Assembly (NCBI GenBank): GCA_039033755.1
Contig: JBCCBZ010000013.1
Location: forward strand, 9,044-73,043
Direction: 5' to 3'
Origin: Pseudomonadota bacterium
GTDB lineage: Bacteria; Pseudomonadota; Alphaproteobacteria; Sphingomonadales; Sphingomonadaceae
DNA: 64,000 nucleotides
Below, piece by piece: positions 19,279 through 29,073 of this stretch. Numbering within the stretch: position 1 is the stretch's first letter; every line of letters begins with the position of its first letter. Under the pieces are notes generated by a model. That model saw nothing but the letters and a program-made list of their open reading frames with translations. It made no database searches and had not been told where the DNA came from. The translations under genes were made by a program, and so were the position numbers.

Positions 19279-20529
19279 ATGATGCCCCGGCTTGTGCCCC
19301 TTTTTGTAGCTGTTTGCGTGTGTGGCTTGGCCACCCTGGCGCTCTTTGTGCCGGTCAGCGAGGCGCAGCGTTCGGTTGAGATCATCGCGCCTGACGAGGC
19401 CCGCGCGCAGCTCGAACGCGCCACCGCCGCCAACGAGGAAGCCGAAGCAAGAGCCGCGCAATTCCTCGCCGACGCCGAAGCCGCAAGCGAGGCGGCCGAC
19501 AAGGCTGCAAACGAAGCCGCCGCACTTGCCGCGCAGATTCAGAGCACCGAGGCGCAAATTGCGAGCGCCCAAGCGCGTTACTCGCTCGCTCAAGTGGATC
19601 GCGCGCGGTTGACCAAGAGCTTGGGCGAACGTCGCGAACCACTGGTGCGCCTGACCGCTGCGTTGCAGACCAGCGCGCGGCGGCCTCTGGCGCTTTCCGC
19701 GCTTCAACCGGGGTCGCTGAAGGATCTCGTCTATGTCCGCGCGGTGCTGGACAGCGCGGTGCCTCGGGTTCGCGCGCGCACCGCCGCGCTTCGCAATGAG
19801 TTAGAGGAAGGCCGCCGCCTCGAACGGCTGGCGCGGCGTTCGTTGACCGAATTGCGCGACGCCGAAACGCAGCTCCAATCGCGGCGTGTCGAACTTGCCG
19901 CTCTTGAAGCGAGCGAACGCACCGCTTCAATGACAGCAAGAGGCAACGCCGCACGCGAAGAGGAACGAGCGCTGGCGCTGGCCGAAGAAGCGCGCGATTT
20001 GGATGGGCTGGTGGATCGCCTTAATGACAACGCCGAGCGTCGGCGCGTGCTGGCGGCGCTTCCCGGACCGGTGTTGCGGCCCGAAACGCTTGGAGAGCCC
20101 GGCTCCGCTGCGCCGGTGAGCGATACGCCTGCCGCCGTGGCCATCGCGCCGGAACAATCCCGCTCACCGGGCGCGTTTCAACTCCCCGTTCAGGGGCGCA
20201 CTATCACCGGCTTTGGCGAACCACGCCCCAGCGGCCTGCGCTCCAGAGGCATCGCGCTTAGCCCGCGGGCCGGGGCGCAAATCGTCGCGCCAGCGGATGG
20301 CCGGGTGGCTTTCTCAGGCCCTTACGAAGGCTTTGGCCGAATCGTCATTATTGAGCACGCTTCGGGCTGGACGAGCCTTATCACCGGCCTTGCCCGCACC
20401 AATGTTGAGGTTGGGCAAGAGGTGATCGGCGGCGGTCCTTTGGGCGTGGCCGATAGCGAAGGCGGATTGATCACAATTGAGCTTAGAGAGGGCGGCGAGC
20501 CGGTTAACCCTCTCGATTACCTGCAATAA
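19279..20529 (+). CDS. envC: Murein hydrolase activator EnvC-like (coiled coil + degenerate LytM)
   Basis: Signal peptide, long Ala/Glu/Arg coiled coil, C-terminal LytM-like region (VAFSGPYEGFGRIVIIEH) lacking the HxH zinc motif; upstream of an S41 peptidase. Confidence 0.85.
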   Translation: MMPRLVPLFVAVCVCGLATLALFVPVSEAQRSVEIIAPDEARAQLERATAANEEAEARAAQFLADAEAASEAADKAANEAAALAAQIQSTEAQIASAQARYSLAQVDRARLTKSLGERREPLVRLTAALQTSARRPLALSALQPGSLKDLVYVRAVLDSAVPRVRARTAALRNELEEGRRLERLARRSLTELRDAETQLQSRRVELAALEASERTASMTARGNAAREEERALALAEEARDLDGLVDRLNDNAERRRVLAALPGPVLRPETLGEPGSAAPVSDTPAAVAIAPEQSRSPGAFQLPVQGRTITGFGEPRPSGLRSRGIALSPRAGAQIVAPADGRVAFSGPYEGFGRIVIIEHASGWTSLITGLARTNVEVGQEVIGGGPLGVADSEGGLITIELREGGEPVNPLDYLQ

Positions 20530-20686
20530 TCGGGTGAAACCTTGCGGGGCTTTCGCGCGTATATTGTAACAGAACACCCCCTGAGCTGGCCCGCTGCAGG
20601 ACGCGTTACGACACGATACGCGGTCTCATCTGGCGTTAAGCCGCGCAAAGCTATAACCAAGTGTTCGAAAGGAGCTTTTCCGCCTC

Positions 20687-22072
20687 ATGAAATTTGCCGC
20701 ATTCGCTCGCACCGCCGCTCTGGTGACCGCCGTAGCCCTCATTCCCGCCACCACCGCCACCATGGCGCAGGTCGATGGCCGGGCCGGGCCGGAGTTTTCG
20801 AAACTCTTCGCCACCTATCAACGCGTTAAAGCGAGTTATGTGGAAGAGGTCACGGACGAGCAATTGGTGCGCGGCGCGATTGACGGCATGCTCTCCTCGC
20901 TCGATCCGCATTCGGGCTATCTTGATGGCAGCGATTTGCAGCGCCTCGAAACGATGATCGACGGCAACTACTCGGGCCTCGGCCTCTCGGTCGTCGGCGA
21001 AGAAGGCGCAGTGAAGATCATCTCGCCGTTCCGTGGCTCCCCGGCGGACGAAGTCGGCCTGAAGGCCGGCGACTACATCACCCACCTTGATGGTGTTCTG
21101 ATTTATGGTGGCGAGTTGGACGACGCGGTGGCCAAAATGCGCGGTCAAGCGGGCACGTCCATTCAACTGACGATTTTCCGTCCGGGCCGCGAAGAGCCGT
21201 TCGAAGTCGACGTGACGCGCGGCGTCATTGAGCTCGAACCGGTCACGCATGAGCTGATGCCGGGCAATATCGGCCATATCATGGTCAATGAATTTTCCGC
21301 CGATGTCGGCCAGGACGTGCACAACGCCTGGCGGGCGATGCAGGAAGAGGCGACCGGCCGGATGAGCGGCCTGGTGCTGGACCTGCGCTCGAACCCGGGC
21401 GGCAGCCTCGATGAAGCGGTGGCGCTGTCCGATCTCTTCCTCGAAAAAGGCGACATCGTTGCGCAGCGCGGGCGCGGTTGGGGCGAAAGCTTCAAAGTGC
21501 AGGCCGATGACCTGAACTACTATCTCGACCGGCGTTATCCGGCTGAAACCGCGCGCCTGTTCATGGGCGATATGGCCAAGGGCGTGCCGATCATTGTGTT
21601 GATCGACGCGGGGTCCGCCTCGGCGTCCGAGATTGTCGCGGGCGCGTTGCAGGATCACCGCCGGGCGTTGGTTATGGGCGCGCGCAGCTTTGGTAAGGGA
21701 TCGGTGCAGTCGCTCTTGCCGCTGGGCCGCGACGCCGCGCTTAAACTAACGACCGCGCGGTATTACACACCCTCGGGAAAATCGGTGCAGGAAGGCGGTA
21801 TCGCCCCCGACATCAAGGTGCCGCAGCTCTCCGATCCGGACTTTGCGCTGCGTGAAAAGTACCAGACCCGCGAAAGCGATCTGCGCGGCCACCTCGTCAA
21901 CGAGCTGGGTCTCAAGGATGAAGAGCTCGAATCCGACAAGATCGATGATCCACGCTTCCAGCTGACCTCGGAGCAATTGGAGGAGCAGGGCATCAAGGAC
22001 TTCCAGCTGCATTACGCGCTCGAAACCCTGCGTCGGACCACCAAGAGTTCGGTGGCGCTGCTCGAGCAATAA
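20687..22072 (+). CDS. ctpA: S41 family carboxy-terminal processing protease
   Basis: LDPHS, PDZ region, DLRSNPGG, ASASEIVAGALQD, FGKGSVQ. Confidence 0.93.
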   Translation: MKFAAFARTAALVTAVALIPATTATMAQVDGRAGPEFSKLFATYQRVKASYVEEVTDEQLVRGAIDGMLSSLDPHSGYLDGSDLQRLETMIDGNYSGLGLSVVGEEGAVKIISPFRGSPADEVGLKAGDYITHLDGVLIYGGELDDAVAKMRGQAGTSIQLTIFRPGREEPFEVDVTRGVIELEPVTHELMPGNIGHIMVNEFSADVGQDVHNAWRAMQEEATGRMSGLVLDLRSNPGGSLDEAVALSDLFLEKGDIVAQRGRGWGESFKVQADDLNYYLDRRYPAETARLFMGDMAKGVPIIVLIDAGSASASEIVAGALQDHRRALVMGARSFGKGSVQSLLPLGRDAALKLTTARYYTPSGKSVQEGGIAPDIKVPQLSDPDFALREKYQTRESDLRGHLVNELGLKDEELESDKIDDPRFQLTSEQLEEQGIKDFQLHYALETLRRTTKSSVALLEQ

Positions 22073-22089
22073 GCCTAAGCGCTTAACCC

Positions 22090-22554
22090 ATGCTGGGATT
22101 GAAAACTGCGCGCTTACTGGCGCTCGCCCTTACGGGCGGGCTGCTGGGCGGCGCGTATATTTCCGAATATGTGTTCGGCCTGTTTCCGTGCGAAATGTGC
22201 TGGTGGCAACGCTGGCCGCATTTCGCCGCCTTGGGCCTTGCGCTGCTGAGCTTTGTCGCGCCCGCGCCGCGCGTATGGGTCGCTTTGGCGGCGGTGGCGA
22301 TCTTCATGTCGGGCCTGATTGGTGGCTTTCACGCCGGGGTCGAATACGATTGGTGGGAAGGCATAACGGGCTGCGCGGTGGTGGATCCTTCGCGCAATGT
22401 CTTTGATCCGGTGGCCGTCCCGCTGATCCGGTGTGACGAAGCGCCGTGGAGCCTGTTTGGTATTTCTCTCGCGGGCTTCAATTTCCTCTTTTCATGTTTG
22501 GGTGCGATAGCCATCTTGGCTCTCACAGTGGGACGACAAAGGCGAGCAAGCTGA
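22090..22554 (+). CDS. dsbB: Disulfide bond formation protein B
   Basis: Membrane protein with PCEMCWWQR, HAGVEY and a second Cys pair (GC...RCDE). Confidence 0.85.
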   Translation: MLGLKTARLLALALTGGLLGGAYISEYVFGLFPCEMCWWQRWPHFAALGLALLSFVAPAPRVWVALAAVAIFMSGLIGGFHAGVEYDWWEGITGCAVVDPSRNVFDPVAVPLIRCDEAPWSLFGISLAGFNFLFSCLGAIAILALTVGRQRRAS

Positions 22555-23075
22555 TGGACAAGCAAGAAATCCACCGCATGATACGGGTCGATCAGGCCGG
22601 CGAGTTTGGCGCCACGCGCATCTATGAAGGTCAGTTGGACGTCATGGGCGATCGCGGGCCGCATTCCGCGGAAATCCGCCACATGGCCGAGGATGAGCGG
22701 GTCCACCGCGAAGAATTCGACGCGCTGATGGCCCGGCGCGGCGTTCGCCCCACGGCGCTGCACCCGTTTTGGTCCGCCGCTGGCTACGCGCTCGGCGCGG
22801 GCACCGCTTTACTGGGACCGGAAGCCGCGATGGCTTGCACCGCCGCGATCGAAGAAGAGATCGACCGCCACTACACCGATCAGCTCGAAAAGCTGAAGGA
22901 AAGCGACGCCGACCCTGAACTCGCCGATATGATCGAACGTTTCCGCGACGAAGAGCGCGAACACCGCGACGCGGCGCTCGCCAACGATGCCGAGAAGGCG
23001 CCGGGTTATCCGCTGCTCGCCGGGGCGATTCGTCTGGGCTGTAAGGTCGCGATCAAGGTCAGCGAACGCCTTTGA
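22554..23075 (+). CDS. coq7: Demethoxyubiquinone hydroxylase family (Coq7-like di-iron protein)
   Basis: RVDQAGEFGATRIYEGQ, EDERVH, EEEIDRHY, DEEREH. TGATG overlap with dsbB. Confidence 0.88.
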   Translation: MDKQEIHRMIRVDQAGEFGATRIYEGQLDVMGDRGPHSAEIRHMAEDERVHREEFDALMARRGVRPTALHPFWSAAGYALGAGTALLGPEAAMACTAAIEEEIDRHYTDQLEKLKESDADPELADMIERFRDEEREHRDAALANDAEKAPGYPLLAGAIRLGCKVAIKVSERL

Positions 23076-23207
23076 TCGCGCGGCCATGGCGGTCGGTTGA
23101 CCGCAAACGGGCTTCACAGCCGGTTCAGTGAGGTTCATGTAGATCCACAGGACCGTTTAATGGGTCGCGCAACCCCCAAAGCGTGCGCAGAGGATGAAAA
23201 GCACATC

Positions 23208-23888
23208 ATGAAGTATGGCACCAAAACGCTCGCTTTCGCCGCCGCTATCGTCGGCGGCGCTGTGTTCGCCGCTGCTCCCGCTGCTGCGCAGGGCCAGGGC
23301 GAAAAGGTCAACATGGTGATCGCCTATAGCGAGGACGAATGCCCAACGCAGACCAGCGAAAATGAAATTGTGGTGTGCCAGATCCTCGTCGAATCCGAGC
23401 GTTTCCGCATCCCGTCCAATCTTCGCACGAGCGATAATCCGGCGAACACCTCGCGTGTGAAACAGGTCGAAAAGCTCAAATATGTTGGCGACTTCGGTGC
23501 CTTTTCGTGCAGTCCGACGGGCGCGGGCGGCTTCACCGGGTGCAACCAGAAATTCATCGAGGCGGCTTACGATGAAAAGGACGAAGCGGAAGGTATCCGG
23601 TTTGCACAGCTGATCGAGCAGGAACGCCAAGCGCGCCTTTCCACTATCGACGCCGATGCCGAGGCCGAGCAAGGGCGCGTTGAAGCAATCGAGCGCGAAT
23701 ATCTCGAACGGCTTGAGCGCGAACGCGACGCGCCGCTTCCCGGCGAAGCGTCTGAGACCCTTCCCCCGGTCGTCCGCGCGACGGAAGAGCCGAGTGCGAA
23801 GCCCTCCGAACCCGAAGCCAAGCCGTCCTCCGATCCGGTTGTTGGGCCGACCCTGCTTCCCGAGGATGACGACGGTTCAAACAGCTGA
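23208..23888 (+). CDS. Secreted hypothetical protein with four Cys and a Pro/Glu-rich tail
   Basis: Signal peptide MKYGTKTLAFAAAIVGGAVFAAAPAAA; DECP..EIVVC..ERFRIP..LR and SCSPTGAGGFTGC. Confidence 0.75.
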   Translation: MKYGTKTLAFAAAIVGGAVFAAAPAAAQGQGEKVNMVIAYSEDECPTQTSENEIVVCQILVESERFRIPSNLRTSDNPANTSRVKQVEKLKYVGDFGAFSCSPTGAGGFTGCNQKFIEAAYDEKDEAEGIRFAQLIEQERQARLSTIDADAEAEQGRVEAIEREYLERLERERDAPLPGEASETLPPVVRATEEPSAKPSEPEAKPSSDPVVGPTLLPEDDDGSNS

Positions 23889-23915
23889 GGCTCAAGAGTC
23901 TAAGCCGCTGCCAGC

Positions 23916-24929
23916 CTACACGTTGTAATAGTCGCGGTACCACGCGACGAAGTGGCGAATGCCTTCGCGCACATCGGTTTGCGGGGCGTATCCGGTTAAC
24001 TCCTTGAGCAAGGTCGCATCGGCCCAGGTCGCGGGCACGTCGCCCTTTTGCATCGGCATGAAGTTCTTGATCGCCTCGCGCCCGCATTCCGCTTCGATCG
24101 CGGTCACGAAATCCATCAGCCGGACCTTGTCCGAATTGCCGATATTAACCACGCGCCACGGCGCGGCGGGCGAGAGGCTGTCATAATCCGCAATGTCATC
24201 AGCGCTTTCCGGGCGCACGGGGGGCGTATCGATCAGCAAGCGCAACCCGCGCACCAGATCTTTCACATAGGTGAAATCGCGATACATCTCGCCCTGATTG
24301 TAGATGTCGATCGGCGTGCCTTCGAGGATGCCGCGCGTAAACTTGAACAGCGCCATATCGGGCCGCCCCCATGGACCATAGACCGTGAAAAAGCGGAACA
24401 TACTCGTCGGCAGGTTCCACAGATGCGCATAGGAATGTGTCATCGCCTCGTTCGCCTTCTTGGTCGCGGCGTAGAGCGTGAGCTGATGATCGCATTTCTC
24501 GCGCTCATCAAATGGCATGTCTTCGTTCGCGCCATAGACCGAACTGGTCGACGCCATCAGCAGGTGATCCACATCCAATTCGCGCGCGCATTCCATGACG
24601 TTGAACGCACCCACGAGGTTCGCGTCGACATACGCGCGCGGATTTTCAAGACTGTACCGAACGCCCGCTTGCGCGGCCAAGTGGACTATCACATCGGGCC
24701 GCTCCTCCATCGCAAAAGCGTGGAGCGTGTCTATATCCTCCAGCAACCCCTCGCGCGCGCGGAACCGCTCGTTTTGGCGCAGCATCTGGTGCCGCCGCTC
24801 TTTCAGGCGCACGTCGTAATAGTCGGTCATCCCGTCATAGCCGACCACCTCGAACCCTTCGTCAAGCAGGAGCTGCGAGAGGTGATAACCGATGAAGCCA
24901 GCGCTTCCGGTGACGAGAACTTTGCGCAT
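23916..24929 (-). CDS. UDP-glucuronate 4-epimerase-like NAD-dependent epimerase
   Basis: VTGSAGFIG, HLAAQAGVRYSLENP, YAATK, RFFTVYGPWGRPDMA, MQKGDV. Start set at ATG 24929. Confidence 0.9.
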   Translation of the reverse strand: MRKVLVTGSAGFIGYHLSQLLLDEGFEVVGYDGMTDYYDVRLKERRHQMLRQNERFRAREGLLEDIDTLHAFAMEERPDVIVHLAAQAGVRYSLENPRAYVDANLVGAFNVMECARELDVDHLLMASTSSVYGANEDMPFDEREKCDHQLTLYAATKKANEAMTHSYAHLWNLPTSMFRFFTVYGPWGRPDMALFKFTRGILEGTPIDIYNQGEMYRDFTYVKDLVRGLRLLIDTPPVRPESADDIADYDSLSPAAPWRVVNIGNSDKVRLMDFVTAIEAECGREAIKNFMPMQKGDVPATWADATLLKELTGYAPQTDVREGIRHFVAWYRDYYNV

Positions 24930-25078
24930 GAAGAGAGGTCTTTCCTGTACCGCCCGGCGGGCGCGTTGTGTGCGATTACACGCATAGTGGAGGCATTGGC
25001 CAAGATGAACGTAAAAGTGGAGCGATTTCTGCACGCGGGCGTCTGGACAAGGCGCGAGGCGGGGCGCACTTCGGTCAC

Positions 25079-25528
25079 ATGGCCTTACTCTCAACCCTTC
25101 GATTCTGCACTACGTTGGGCGCCGCGCTGGTAAGCGCGTGCTCCGCGGCACCAAGCGGCGAGACGGCTAGCGGCGATGCGTTGACTGTTGAGGCCGAAAG
25201 CGATCCGCCGGGCGCGGCCTTGCCGCTCTCTATCGGCGGTCGCCTGGACAGCGAAGAGGACAACCCAGCCTCCACAGCGGCCAATTGCGCGGCGGCTTTA
25301 AAGGTCACGTCGAACCGGGTGGCACGGGTCAGCGGCGATCGCACCGCTTCCGAAGTCGCACTTATGAACCGGGCCGAAGACTATTTTGCCTCCCAAGCGG
25401 ACGCGCCATCCGCCATAACCTCGTTAGTCGATAGCAACGACGTCGCCGGGCAAGCCCAGCTCGCCATCGCGTGCCTGCGCCGCTTTGCCAATCGTGGCGC
25501 TTCGACGATACCGCCCAAGGCCTTCTGA
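25079..25528 (+). CDS. Hypothetical lipoprotein
   Basis: ATG 25079; hydrophobic leader ending in lipobox-like LVSAC. Sits on the opposite strand within the polysaccharide locus tail. Confidence 0.55.
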   Translation: MALLSTLRFCTTLGAALVSACSAAPSGETASGDALTVEAESDPPGAALPLSIGGRLDSEEDNPASTAANCAAALKVTSNRVARVSGDRTASEVALMNRAEDYFASQADAPSAITSLVDSNDVAGQAQLAIACLRRFANRGASTIPPKAF

Positions 25529-25530
25529 AC

Positions 25531-26814
25531 TTACGGCGCGTCTGACGCGGGGATAGCTTGCACATCGGCGGACGCGAGCACAAGCCGTGCGTAGCGTGTC
25601 GTCACTCGCGTTTCTGCCGAGAGCGTCACCAATTGCACCGGGCAGTTGACCGGAACGGTGAAGGGGGCTTCGAGCGCCATGTCTTCAGCCAAGGCTAAAT
25701 CCTGCGCCAGCAAAGCCGGGCTTTGCGCTTCGCCCGCGCATTCCACCGTCCAAGTCGCTTGATCAGATGGGCTGTAGTCTTCGGCCCGCAAAGATGAGGA
25801 CAATTGATAGGCCCCCGGCTTCAGAGCCAGAAACGTGCGCGCCACGGGCCCGCTGTATCCCGCCTCAATCTCGGCCTCGATCTCAACCCGACCGCCCCCT
25901 TGCTCGCTGGACAGGACATAAGTCTCGATCCGGTCGATCTGGAACGGTTGCCACGCGATAGGCGCTAGGGATTGATCGGTGGAGGTGTCGGTCAAACGCA
26001 GGCTGGTCAGCAAGGTCGCATCAGCGCCCTTTATCCGCCGGTAATGCGCCACCGCATTGCCAACGTCACCGGTGCTCACAAGACGAGCGAGCAGTTCGGT
26101 GTCGAGCGAGGAATAGCCCTCGCCACTCGGCCAACCGCCGCTGACCCGGGCCAATTCGGCGAGCGACACGGGATTGCTCGTCTTCGAAACCGCGAAGCGC
26201 AGAAAGCCCGCCAGCCACGGCGGATTGGACGCCATTATCGCTCGGAAGCGCTCCCGGATAAGCGGGCTGTCCATCGCTGAAGTGAGTGGCGGGTAGAGCA
26301 GCGTGCGGCTGGCTTCGCTGATCCGCAAGGCGGTGTCATAATGGCGCAGCGCGGTGTTTACATCGTTCGCCTCCACCGCGCTTTCGATCAGCCACAATTG
26401 CGTGCCAATATCGCGGCGCTCCATCCGATCCGACACGCGCATCTGTGCGCGCATCGCGCCCATGTCGGCGCCGGACGCGCGGCTAAGGCTGGTGAGGCGA
26501 AAGGCGGGTCCGTTGATCGGCATTTGTCGGACGGAACGTTGCGCCAAGCTCAGCACTGTGGCGGGCTCGCGCGTTTCCTTGCCGCCAGCGGCCAGGTTCA
26601 ATTCGGCGCTGCGGATCAGAGCGACTGGGTCATCCCCATAAATGACCAGCGCCCAATCGGGCGCGCGAGCGTGCAGCGCGTTCACGCTCGCGTTGGCGAA
26701 GGCTGCGATGGCCCCCACCGCTGCGAGTGAGCCGAGAACAATCGTTTTGGCGGAGAAGCGATTAGGCCTCATCAGATCGGCTCCGTCACGCAGGAACAGG
26801 TTGGTGAGCGCCAC
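25531..26814 (-). CDS. Hypothetical periplasmic protein downstream of wzc (TPR-like N-terminus, beta-rich C-terminus)
   Basis: 427 aa, N-terminal hydrophobic segment, helical QLWLIESAVEANDVNTALRHYDTALR region; directly follows wzc. Confidence 0.7.
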   Translation of the reverse strand: MALTNLFLRDGADLMRPNRFSAKTIVLGSLAAVGAIAAFANASVNALHARAPDWALVIYGDDPVALIRSAELNLAAGGKETREPATVLSLAQRSVRQMPINGPAFRLTSLSRASGADMGAMRAQMRVSDRMERRDIGTQLWLIESAVEANDVNTALRHYDTALRISEASRTLLYPPLTSAMDSPLIRERFRAIMASNPPWLAGFLRFAVSKTSNPVSLAELARVSGGWPSGEGYSSLDTELLARLVSTGDVGNAVAHYRRIKGADATLLTSLRLTDTSTDQSLAPIAWQPFQIDRIETYVLSSEQGGGRVEIEAEIEAGYSGPVARTFLALKPGAYQLSSSLRAEDYSPSDQATWTVECAGEAQSPALLAQDLALAEDMALEAPFTVPVNCPVQLVTLSAETRVTTRYARLVLASADVQAIPASDAP

Positions 26815-26816
26815 GA

Positions 26817-29054
26817 TCAGTGCTGCGTCGCCGGCGTGCCGTAGCCATAACCGTAGCCATAGCCATATCCGTAGCCTTCGATGCCCTGGCCTTCGAACTT
26901 GGTGAAAATCGCGCCAACCATCGGAGCGCGGCTGGTGCGCAACCGGCCAAGCGAAGCGTTGATTGCGCGCGAGGCGACCCCGCGCGCTTCAATCACGAAG
27001 ACAACCCCGCCCACAGCGTTAGCGATCAGCGGCGCGTCTGCGAGACCCAAAAGCGGCGGCGCGTCGACCACAATATGATCGAAATGCGCTGAGAGCGCCT
27101 CCAACGCCTTTCGCGGGCTGTCGCCACTCAAGAGCTCGGCCGCGCTGGGCGGTTTCTGCCCTGCTGACATAAGCGAGAGATTGGCAAACGGCGTTGGATG
27201 TACGAGCGCCATCGGATCCTTATGCCCGGCCAGCGCGCTCGAGAATCCCTCGGCGTTCTCCATATCAAGGAAGGTGTGCGCCGAGGGGCTGCGCATATCG
27301 GCATCGATCATCAGCACGCGGCGACCGGTGCGCGCGAGCACCGAAGCGATGGCGAGGCCGGAGGTCGATTTTCCTTCAGCGGGACGCGTGCTGGTGACCA
27401 TCAAGGTGCGCGGAATGCCGCTGTTCGTCGCCAAGGCCAGATTGGACTGAACCGTAAGATACGCTTCAGCTATGTCCGATTTAGGATCGCGCATTTCATC
27501 GAGCGCATCGTCGTCGCTGTCGGTTGCCGGGATGACGCCCAATAATGGCAATCCGGTCAATTGCGCGACGTGTGCGGGGTCGCGAATGCCCTCTTCGAAC
27601 TGCTCCAGCGCGAAGACAATCGCCCCGGCGACCGCCAACCCACCAAACAGCGCGATCATCAGATTGAGCGGGAGAATGGGCGACGAAGGGCCGGATGGCA
27701 CCAGCGCGGGATCGACCAAAGAGATGTTGTTGGCCGCCACGCCCGCAACACCGATCTCCTTATAGCGTTGCAGTAAGCCATCGTAGAGCTGGCGGTTGGT
27801 GTCGACCTCGTTCTGATAGATCGTGTACTGAATCCGGTCACGCTCCTGCCGGTTGAGCCGGTCGGTCAACGCCGAAACTTTCGCGCGCAAATCACGCTCG
27901 CTTGCCAGAGCTGCGCGATAATCGGTCTGAGCGCTCCCCCGGACGCGCGCCTCCTCGCGGGTGATCGCTGCGCCCAGTTCCTGTATCTGCACGTCCATGG
28001 CGCGCGCGACGGGGTAGCCGGGTTCGAACTGCACCATCAGTTTGGCGTATTCGGCCTGCAAGGCGGAGCGTTCCTGACGAAGCGCGTTGATCGCCGGATT
28101 GCTGGCCAGATCGCCGCTTGTGCGCTCCGCCGCGTTGGCGCGGGCTTGAAGCGCGATGCGCTCCTGCGTCGCTTGCAACAGCGCGGCGTTCATCGCTTGC
28201 AGATCAAGCTGCACCAAGGTCTGCGCGCCGGTTGTGCGGCCTTCGTCTTCGCGTTGATCGAGAACTACGATCCCCTTCTCGTTCGCATAGGTGACCAACT
28301 GCGTCTGCGATTCCTCTACCCGTTGACGCAATTCCGCCAGCCGCCGTTCAAGCAGTCGGCGCGCGTCGGCGGTGGAATCAAACCGGCGATCGGTGCTGTC
28401 GGCCATGAATTGCTGCGCCCACTCGGTCGCGATGTCCGCCGAGAGGTCCGGATCCGCGCTGGTGTAGGTAACATCGACCAAAGCCGAGCGCGGTATCGGT
28501 GAAATACCAATACTGCCGAGTAGCAGATCCGTCGCCGACTTGCGCCGCGCGGCCAGCGTTTCGCGATCCGTAGAAGCGCCCGGTTCGCCCAGCCACTCGG
28601 TTGTCTCAGGATCGATCCCGTGCGCTTCGAAAAAGGCGAAGTCATTCGCCAGGCGCCGTTCGCGCACCACGCGCCGCGCCACGCTGCGCGCCTGCAAAAG
28701 CTCATACTGCGTGTCGTAAAACTCTTGGTCAAAGGTGCGGTCGGCTTTCTCCAGCCCCTCGACATTGGTGATCCGCTGTTCCTGTCGGCTGATCTCAATC
28801 CGGGCCGAGGCTGTGTATTGCGGCGTCATCATCAGCGTCGCCGCCAACCCCGCGAGCAGTGCCAGCACGAGGATACCGATGATCACCCATTTGCGCCTAT
28901 CGAGAATGCCGAGGTATTCGCGCATCAGCGGCGTTTCACCGCTCGCTTGCGAAGGCGAGATGTCGGGGGTGGTCGCTCTGGCTATGACTGGCTCGGTCGC
29001 AAAGATCACATCATTCGAAGCGCCATTCGCTCCGGCGGGGTGCAGCGTGTTCAT
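26817..29054 (-). CDS. wzc: Polysaccharide chain-length regulator/tyrosine autokinase (Wzc/GumC)
   Basis: Two TM segments flanking a coiled coil, Walker A STRPAEGKST, IDADMRSP, VVDAPP, C-terminal GYGYGYGYGYG tyrosine cluster. Confidence 0.95.
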   Translation of the reverse strand: MNTLHPAGANGASNDVIFATEPVIARATTPDISPSQASGETPLMREYLGILDRRKWVIIGILVLALLAGLAATLMMTPQYTASARIEISRQEQRITNVEGLEKADRTFDQEFYDTQYELLQARSVARRVVRERRLANDFAFFEAHGIDPETTEWLGEPGASTDRETLAARRKSATDLLLGSIGISPIPRSALVDVTYTSADPDLSADIATEWAQQFMADSTDRRFDSTADARRLLERRLAELRQRVEESQTQLVTYANEKGIVVLDQREDEGRTTGAQTLVQLDLQAMNAALLQATQERIALQARANAAERTSGDLASNPAINALRQERSALQAEYAKLMVQFEPGYPVARAMDVQIQELGAAITREEARVRGSAQTDYRAALASERDLRAKVSALTDRLNRQERDRIQYTIYQNEVDTNRQLYDGLLQRYKEIGVAGVAANNISLVDPALVPSGPSSPILPLNLMIALFGGLAVAGAIVFALEQFEEGIRDPAHVAQLTGLPLLGVIPATDSDDDALDEMRDPKSDIAEAYLTVQSNLALATNSGIPRTLMVTSTRPAEGKSTSGLAIASVLARTGRRVLMIDADMRSPSAHTFLDMENAEGFSSALAGHKDPMALVHPTPFANLSLMSAGQKPPSAAELLSGDSPRKALEALSAHFDHIVVDAPPLLGLADAPLIANAVGGVVFVIEARGVASRAINASLGRLRTSRAPMVGAIFTKFEGQGIEGYGYGYGYGYGYGTPATQH
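26839..26876 (-). repeat. (GY)5 tyrosine-cluster coding repeat of Wzc
   Basis: Imperfect 6-nt tandem repeats (tagcca/tagccg-like) encoding GYGYGYGYGYG. Confidence 0.85.
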
Positions 29055-29073
29055 AGGAGGGTCCGCTTTGGCC

